Position numbers and translations under genes: made by a program | Notes under the pieces: generated by a model | Told to the model about the DNA's origin: nothing | The model's input: the letters and a program-made list of their open reading frames with translations, nothing else | Databases searched by the model: none | Part shown: piece after piece, positions 55,541 through 64,000 of the stretch | How positions within the stretch are numbered: position 1 is the stretch's first letter | Layout: the number at the start of each line of letters is the position of its first letter | NCBI GenBank assembly: GCA_964016885.1 | Contig: OZ024740.1 | Span: 63,178,001 to 63,242,000 of the forward strand | Direction of reading: 5' to 3' | Length of the DNA: 64,000 nucleotides | From: Eledone cirrhosa | Lineage: Eukaryota

Positions 55541-55982
55541 GAGGAGGGTGATTTGGGACACCCTGCAGGACAAAAAATAAAACCTGACAAAGGGCGGAAG
55601 AACTCATAAGAGTCAACGGCCATCCGAAAGTGTGTAAATATGTATATAGACATGTACCGCGCGGTTAAACCACTGGGAGTGAAGGACCCCTAGCCTTTGT
55701 CAGGGCATTCTTATAGGAGAAGGCAACTCAGGAAACTGGGATAACCCCGACATAAAACTTGCGGTTCACTAGTTACCGATGATGTTGATCTTTTTTTCAT
55801 TTCGGGTTATACCTACTGTTGCTCAGAGAGTGGGATTGCCTCAGTGCACAGTCTTTCCTCACTTTAAAAATTATCTTCACGCACAGGCATTGCACGATAG
55901 AATTAATTAATAATTATTAATAATGATATATCGTGCAATGGCCATACTCGATAACGAGGGGGCAGCCATCATGTATGTATGC
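55538..55982 (+). mobile_element. Bipartite non-autonomous RTE derivative
   Basis: 5' part is homologous to 39620-39915. 3' 50 nt are identical to the RTE terminus (tcgtgcaatggccatactcgataacgagggggcagccatc + TATG). Confidence 0.7.
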
Positions 55983-57617
55983 GTCTGTAATAATTGATTG
56001 ATGCCCCCCCCCCCCCCCCCCATACACACACACTGAGCTGTTCGATACACTATGATAGACGCAAAAATGGAATCAATTAAATAGATTTGAAATAGATTCT
56101 TTTATTTGCATATAAGTATCATAGTCGAAAAATTCCTCTTGAACTATTGACATACCTAGCAGCTCCTAGTCTTGTGGTACAAAGCCGTTTATTTTAAAAT
56201 ACTCATGCTTAAATGTAAACCTTCCCTCTTAATTTAATATTAAAAAGAACATTTTTCAAGTAATGAGTCCAAAACAAACTTTAAAATGGCAAAGTTAGTT
56301 TTATAAGTAAATCTCTATAAATTCCTGATTATTTTAGAAATTAATTTAAAATCATACACAGTATCTTTCATTAGAAATATAGTAACAGAAGGATTGTTGA
56401 AAAATGAACACATTGAATGATGAGACACTGTTGTTAAAAACCAGGTGGTGTGGTCATGATGGCAAAACCTGCTCAATCAGGACTGACCAACAGCTGAGTT
56501 TGAACAACAATATTAAAAACTGAATGTCTTTCTGTTAATATAAGGAGTACAACACAATGAAGTCTATGATATGCTTACCTATAGATACATAATCTCAAGT
56601 AACCACAGGACGTTTAAGAACAGATCAGAAGAAAGGCATCTCATCTGAAGAAAGAGAATCGCAATGCGTGATAGTTGAAGTGGATATCGCTGGCTGAATT
56701 CCGCACCAACGATTTCGCTATCTTGAGCGTGGTATTGAAATATACTGTCAAGCGAAGAGTGTAGGGTATGTCTCCTCATTTCACCCGTTCTTTCTTTTTT
56801 CTTTCTCCTTTTTCTTTCTCCTTTTTCTTTCTCTTTTTGCCATTACGATATTCTGTCCTAATCTAATATATATTTGTGAAATGGGTGGTGGTTGAAATTC
56901 AGTTGTGCACGGTTAAATGGTAGTAGACGTGGTCGGACGGACATGAAAATTTACACACCTATGTAAAAGGTGCCAAGGAAGCAAATAGACGAGGTTTCAA
57001 AATCTCTAACTTGAAAAATGTGGTCCCTGGGGCCCCAAAACTATCGCGTTCGGTGAGTTATTTCCCCCTGTCCTAATACTTTTGTCTTATTTACAATTTC
57101 ATACAAATAAAGCAGTAAATAAAGGATTATGAGTTCATGCAATTGACTTATGTTTCGTCACTATATATATATATATATATATAATATGAAAACGCTTTAA
57201 TAAAAAAAAATATCAACTGTAATGTATGTATGCATGTATTTATGTGTTTATATGAGCGGGCATATGCAAGTAAATCTTATTTTGTGGACAGCTTATCCTT
57301 AGCATAATATTCATGCTAGAACATCATATATTTGAAAGTTTTCAGGGAGTTGAATTACTGATTTTGGATCGGCAGCTTTAGCTTTGAAAAAATGAAATGT
57401 GCAGTGTAAACATTTTTTAATATTCCTCCGGGGATGAATCTTCTCTGCCTATTTCCATCTCTTTCTTTCTCTCTGGAAGAAATCAGCCGTAGTAAGACCT
57501 AAAAAAATGGTTAGATACACCATGACGCACCGTGCATCACGGTGGAGTTGAAAAGCAGACTCAGAACATGGCGTTGTGTGGGGGTGGTTCGCAGCCCAAT
57601 GTTCCAGGGGGAGCAAA

Positions 57618-57691
57618 AGAAGAAGAAGAAGAAGAAGAAGAAGAAGAAGAAGAAGAAGAAGAAGAAGAAGAAGAAGAAGAAGAAGAAGAAG

Positions 57692-57721
<30 letters not shown>
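57618..57721. repeat. (GAA)n microsatellite
   Basis: Direct inspection. Confidence 0.98.
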
Positions 57722-57722
<1 letters not shown>

Positions 57723-57832
57723 GAGCTGGAGTCCTATCAAATATGTAGGTTGTGTCTTAAATTGAAGGTTTAGTAGAAACAATTCATGTATAGTTTTGTA
57801 CTTTTCTTTTTGTCATTCATATATAAAAAAAA

Positions 57833-58913
57833 TCTACTATATAAATTGGAAGTGGTCGGACGTTGTATATGTAGGTGTAGATGGATAAACGTCGAAACGG
57901 CTTGGTGGAATGCAGCGAAAATTTACACAGTTATGCAGAGTGACCCGAGGAAGCGTTGGGTCGACTTTCAAGCTAGAAGCTTCCATGGTTACGGAGAAAA
58001 TCGATGAAACAGGAATTTCCCATTCAAATTGAACTGAGACTAATCTGTGAACGCAGAAGTAATTATTTCGAGAAACGTTGCAACCGAACGAAAACAGGCA
58101 GGCGATATTTTGGTTCGTGAAGACGTTCCCTGGCAATGAACGGAAAAAAATCGAGGATAATACGTCGTTATGTGGCGCGTGAAGAACAATTTCATGCAAA
58201 GACAAGACCAAGTTTATGGTATAAATGGAGTCGTTAGACTAATATTCTATTTAAAATAACAGAATGATTTCCAGCCCCGGAGCTTATGAATGATGTAAAT
58301 AAAATTGAAAACGAAAATGACAGAGGTTATTAAAATAGTAAAAGTAAATAGTGAAGATTTAGGCCAGTACATACGTATGCCACGACGGACATACACATAC
58401 ATACGCACACACAAATACACACACACACATACACATACACACGCGCGCGCGCGCGCGAACGCACGCGCGTATGTATAAACCTTATGCATTTCTACAGTAT
58501 TTTCACCAAACTTAAAACATAGGTTACTTATGTACTTCGGATGGTCATGGGCACTGTCATTTTTCCAGATATTGATTATAGGCCCCCCCCCCCCCCGGCA
58601 GATAACCCCTTTAACCACTTCCTTGGAGTCGACTGAAGCACTGCAGTGCAATGCAACAAAACGTCATAACTTCTGGAGTTCGGAACCGATTTTGACAAAA
58701 CTTGACACATGGGCTACGTTTGTCTTACAGATGGATGTGAACTCTCAGAATTGGCACATATTGGGTAGGGGACTCCTGGGGGCAGGAACCCCTTTTTGGA
58801 AAAAGCCGATGATTTTGTAAAAGTATAGTTTTCGAAGCAGCACTGAAGTATTGACATAAATGGTATACACAACTGCTATTTAATATCCGAGCAACGTCGG
58901 GTACCTCTGCTAG
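57833..58913 (+). mobile_element. Non-autonomous Helitron (5' end uncertain)
   Basis: A|TCTACTATATAAA start. 3' hairpin TCCGAGCAACGTCGGG then CTAG|T. Confidence 0.7.
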
Positions 58914-59054
58914 TGATAACATAATTTACATTTAAACGTATTTTCTCAAATTTCTGATCTCAAATTTCTGTTACATTCCTCAGCTATCTTTGAGGGTAAA
59001 TCTCAGGGATCCTACTCCTACTCTCTGAATTAACAGTTTTGGTAGTTTCTTCAC

Positions 59055-59290
59055 TAGTTCCTTCCTTTAGCATAATGTTTCCGTCCCGATTTGGCGAAGA
59101 AAACGACAGTCTGAGGAATGAGGACAGTGGAGGTCTCAATAGCAGCAAGCATAAAAAGGAATAGATCAGTCAATCCCGGGTATTTAGTCATCTTCTGTTC
59201 ACCTGTGTTATGGGACCTGGCGCTTAGGTTTGCGGCCGAAACGGTGAGGTTTAGTACTGCCGGAGTTTGTGTTGTAACATGTAGAAGAAA
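59055..59290 (-). mobile_element. Decayed CRE-like endonuclease fragment
   Basis: EQKMTKYPGLTD..LAAIETS resembles EEAKLLKYRSLSD..LAVETS. Confidence 0.5.
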
Positions 59291-59519
59291 ACAACAGTCT
59301 GGGAACTGAGGAACTGGGGGTCTCAATAGCAACCAGTACAAAATGGAATAAATCAGTCAATGCCTGGAATTTAGTCGCAACAAGTAACATCTCAAATAAA
59401 TGACTTAACCCGCCAAATAGAAAAAAAGGTTATACCGTCTAAATGTTTACCGTCAATACTTACATACAGCAGTGTTCTGTTTCTATTTCCAGGTGTGATA
59501 ACTAAGTCAATACTACAGT

Positions 59520-59925
59520 CGAGTATATTTTTTAGTGACAGTTACTGTTTTGGTACCTTTAACATCCACAGTTCTGTTCGAAGGAACATCAAATGTCAGA
59601 GGCACCTCGTCCATATTTGCAATATGACATAGTTCAAAATTTCTGCGTTTTCTTGCTTGTATCCCAAATCTGTGAAATTCCATTATCTTGTTTTCGTATT
59701 CCCTGGCATTGTTTGTGCTATCCTGCTTTTTGTACGCATAGCTAATTTATTTCTGTTCTTCTTAATCATTTTTTTTTAATCGATATACTTTCGAAAATTT
59801 AAACAAATGTCCAAATATTTCCTACTTTTGCATTATAAATTGTTTACATGCGGTAATTAACCCAAACCTGACCTTTGCCTTATAAATGGAAAAAAAGCGC
59901 GTCCTATATTCCGAAAAATACGGTG
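59520..59925 (-). mobile_element. pogo/Tigger DNA transposon fragment (DDE_1 start plus TIR)
   Basis: Manual translation: HIANMDEVPLTFDVPSNRTVDVKGTKTV. TIR-like CCGTATTTTTCGGAATATAGGACGC at about 59898-59923. Confidence 0.75.
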
Positions 59926-60674
59926 ATTACATTGATTATAGACGCAGTACTAATAACAGGAGAAAAATATTGAGCATCGCCTAGAAATCCGTTAAAATAT
60001 CGATTAGATTAACTTCAGCTTTTGAACCTGATTAGAAAAATAAATGCGAAAGAAATGACTAAATATCAAGCTAAGTCAAATTAAAGAATATGGTTGATTA
60101 TTTCTTATACAAAAATAGATGCACATACATATAATAATCTTAAAATAGTAGACATGGTTGCACGTGTAAGACGTTCCCTTCGTAACTACGTAGTTTTGGC
60201 TTTGAACCCAATACCTCGAATCTTGGTGGTCTTCTACCATAGCTTCGAGTTAAGCAATAGGTTGTGAGTAAAATTTGGAGACGGAAATTATGTGGAAGCT
60301 CGTGAGAGGGTCCGTTTTTGTTCTTTAGTGATACCCGTTACCCCTACATGGTCATCGGATGCATCTAGCACATGATTCACGTTTCCAGTCTAAAGATAAT
60401 ATCCCCTCTTCCTCATACTGTTACGGAGATCCTTTTACAAAAGGAGGATCTTTTTACAAAAAGTTTAAACATTTTCAATATTTAACCTATTTTCATAAAA
60501 TAGGTTAAATAAGTGTTCGCTTATTATTCATAGGTTTATAGCTTCCAATGAGTGCCTGCAGCAAATTTAAAAGTTTGAAAAATATTTAAAAAACATTCTA
60601 TGAAACTTCTTTTTCATAATCTTCAAATTACGCGCATAGTTTTTAAACACACGTTCATGCAGGTGCGTCCCCGC

Positions 60675-60802
<128 letters not shown>

Positions 60803-61374
60803 CCATTTTGTGTGCAGCCATTTTGTATTAGTTTGAAATTGAAGAAGAAAATGACATTCAAAGGGAGATCATTAATGAAAAGGGGAGATAATTAAGTATT
60901 ACAGTTTAGTAAAAAATAAAATGAATGATTATAAAGAAGAGAGAAAAGGAAGGAGATGAATAATAAGTTGAGAAGATATTAAGGACACAATAAAAATAAG
61001 GAATAATATGAATACATGTAGCTAAATATGATTTTTTGCTCTGCTTATAAGATTGTCAAACTATCTCTTTTTCCATCTACTCGCATGGCTCGCTAGTCTC
61101 ATAATCTATATGCATTGAGCACACTAACCTTCTGTCTACCGGCCTGTAATCTGCATAACTAATTACTTTTCTCTTCGCCTCATTAGCTTACTTGCTTTTT
61201 ATTCTGTGTGTATATATATATGTAAAAGTTAAACAGAAATAACAACACAATCGGCGGGTTGGAATTGAAAAAAATGTCTTTAGATACTTTTTATTAGGAC
61301 TTCTGCATCAATTGGTGAACATACGACGAAACTGTTTCAGAAAGGAGGGATAAACATGCCAATCTATATTTAGA

Positions 61375-61404
61375 ATCCCGAGCAACGCTGGGCCATTCTG
61401 CTAG
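61375..61404 (+). mobile_element. Helitron 3' terminus (5' end not determined)
   Basis: CCCGAGCAACGCTGGG hairpin then CTAG|T. Confidence 0.7.
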
Positions 61405-61624
61405 TATGATACTAAATCAAATGTTGATATACAAATATTTGTTATTTTGAACAAGTGTCTCTCTTTGAATGAAAATCAATTCATCAAAACATCATCTCCG
61501 CTGCACTAATGATATTTTAATATCTAGCATTCTTAAATACACCATATCATTGCGATGAGGAAGGTGGGGGTATTTAGGAGAGTCAGATTAAATGCTTTGT
61601 ATTATTAGTTCCGGCTCTGATTAT

Positions 61625-61820
61625 GACAGTGGATTGGCAGTATCATTAGAGGGTCTGATGCCATGCTTTGTAGCAAAGAGTTACGGCCCTTTATGGTCTG
61701 AGTTCAAATCCCGCCGAGGTTAACTTTGCCTTTCATCCTTACAGGGTCGATAAAATAAAGTACCAGTAATACACTGGGATAATTGCTGGTCTTGTGCCAA
61801 AAGTAGAAACAATTATTAGT
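61625..61820 (+). mobile_element. tRNA-derived SINE
   Basis: Same family as 40410. Confidence 0.85.
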
Positions 61821-63026
61821 TCCGGTCCTCAGCGTCTTCATTTCAAATCCTGCCAAAGAGGCGGTAGAGTGGAGGAATTGTTAAAGAATCAAATGATATG
61901 CCATATGCCATCTGTTCCAGCTCTGTGCGTTCTGAATTTTATTCCCTCCTCATATCACTTCTGTCAGGCGTTCCGACCGACAGATATTATAAATGGAAAT
62001 ACCAATGAAAACATTTTCCTTGGTCTGATATATGTATCGGCTTCTTTCTCTTTTTTCTCTGCCTTTCATTTTTACAAACATGTTATTTTTTTAGCCAAAG
62101 GTCAGCACTGATCAAGCACACATGTGATTATGCTTGTTCCAGCCATGATATTATAGTCAATATAGGACTACATAATCCAATGTGTCCCCTCGTCAATTTT
62201 TTATAACGGTTACGAGTGATTTGAAGGAGATTTACAAATCATCCAAACGACTCAATAAATCATAAGATTTGTTTACTTCTGGCTCTAGCCGCTGAAGTTA
62301 TCATATATAATTCCTAATGTGGACAGGAACTGTCGTCAACTGCCATTTGGTGTAAAGATAACACACTTTGCATTCTCCATTCTGTCCGCCGGGGCTGTGG
62401 TACGGCCAGCACGTGGGACCCCATTTGCTCAACATACAGAGAAATGGGGAGAGCGAGAGAGATGGGGGCGATGACAGTCGGAGTTCGGCTCTTCCACGTT
62501 CGGGCCAGATCCTTATGGTTGTGTTTAAGGGGGTTGTGTATTACATACTACATTATTTAACGTGACCTATTTGATAACTTGAGATCTGCATTTTGTAGAT
62601 GTGTTATATTTTATAAGTACCACAAATACTAGCGATGTCTACTGTTGGTCAATTGCTGGACTACTTTTGATCTACAGTAGCTCTGCTGTCTACACACACT
62701 TAGCTGGAATTTAAGTGAAACAGAGTTCGATTCCCTGAAGTTGTTGCTTAATTTGTCCCTTCAGAGTATTTTACTCGATTTTCTAACGCTATAATCATTA
62801 TTATTGTAGCGAATGTGTTTGACTATCAACATTGTGAAATATAAATTGCTCCTTTCTTCACACACGATTTATTGCCTTTCAACGAACCCTTAACATACCT
62901 TGCCTTCCTGTGCCCACTTCCAATGTTCAAGAAGGTGGTAGTGCCCAATTTGGGAATCAGTGATTTAAACCAACAGAAATTAACTTCAAGAATTAGCACT
63001 ATTCAAAGAGCCAACATATATATATA

Positions 63027-63220
63027 GTAATAATTGTTTCTACTTTAGGCACAAGGCCACCAATTACCCAGTGCATTACTGCTACTTTATTTTATCGACC
63101 TCGTAAGGATGAAAGGCAAAGTAAACCTCGGCGGGATTTGAACTCAGACCGTAAAGGGACGTAACTATGCTGGAAAGCATGGCGTCCGACTCTCTACCGA
63201 TACTGCCAATCCACCACCGC
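63027..63220 (-). mobile_element. tRNA-derived SINE
   Basis: Same family as 40410. Confidence 0.88.
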
Positions 63221-63317
63221 TATATATATAGTAATAATAATAAATTTGAAGACTAAAATCCAAAGAGGGCTCGATAAGGATAAATATATATCAAATATAT
63301 AAGAACCGTAGAGCAAA

Positions 63318-63556
<239 letters not shown>

Positions 63557-64000
63557 AAATTAAGATAAATCAAATGAATTTAATCTAAATCAAAATTATG
63601 GGTGTCATGCCAGAAAGATATGCGCCATATCACCCGCAAAATAAACTCTAAGATTCTAACGAGTAGGTCCGAGCATTTTATAATAACTAGAGATTGATTA
63701 ACATATAAATAAACATGAATAATCACAAGAGATAATTTTTACAAGTGTGTAACCACACATAGCTAGGTAGGTAACTAAATAAAGTTGCCCAGAACTTCAA
63801 AAATAGATACCTTATAATATGATTAATCTTCCCTGTATATATTCCATTAAAGAAATATATTTCAGCAATTAATCAGATGGTAAACTACAGAAGTGGAGAC
63901 TTGGATTTTCAACAAGGAAGAAGTTCTAGCAATCCGTGTTTACACTTCAAGTTCAAATCAGTGACTGGCCAGCACGTGTTGTATTTACTAGAAATACACA

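Noticed and set aside
56645-56755. CTGAAGA...GAAATATA
   Set aside because: No consistent stems I or III.
57532-57782. Poly-E/K/R/S ORFs
   Set aside because: (GAA)n microsatellite.

Overview
AT-rich, microsatellite-dense eukaryotic repeat DNA with no recognisable host gene. The tRNA-SINE and RTE families suggest a cephalopod (Octopus-like) genome; this is an inference. The window holds a full-length but frameshifted Helitron (15591-21933) plus several non-autonomous Helitrons. It also holds three RT + GIY-YIG Penelope-like elements (PLEs) and two Naiad-type PLE endonuclease fragments. Other repeats are CRE-like and RTE LINE fragments, a solo LTR, a pogo fragment and many SINEs. The main hidden signal is non-coding. 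By manual folding I find about 28 type I hammerhead ribozyme (HHR) motifs, intact to decayed, in about 16 unrelated sequence families. They sit in short units inserted in or next to (TA)n tracts. The units occur as 323-620 nt tandem monomers and as head-to-head inverted pairs whose 3' ends always point outward. Five families carry the compensated U3-A8 core (UUGANAA), several have non-canonical 10.1-11.1 pairs, and one ~330-nt family carries a positionally conserved octamer ATGCAAAT. This looks like a diverse PLE-pLTR/retrozyme system. All structures were read by eye; none was computed or tested.
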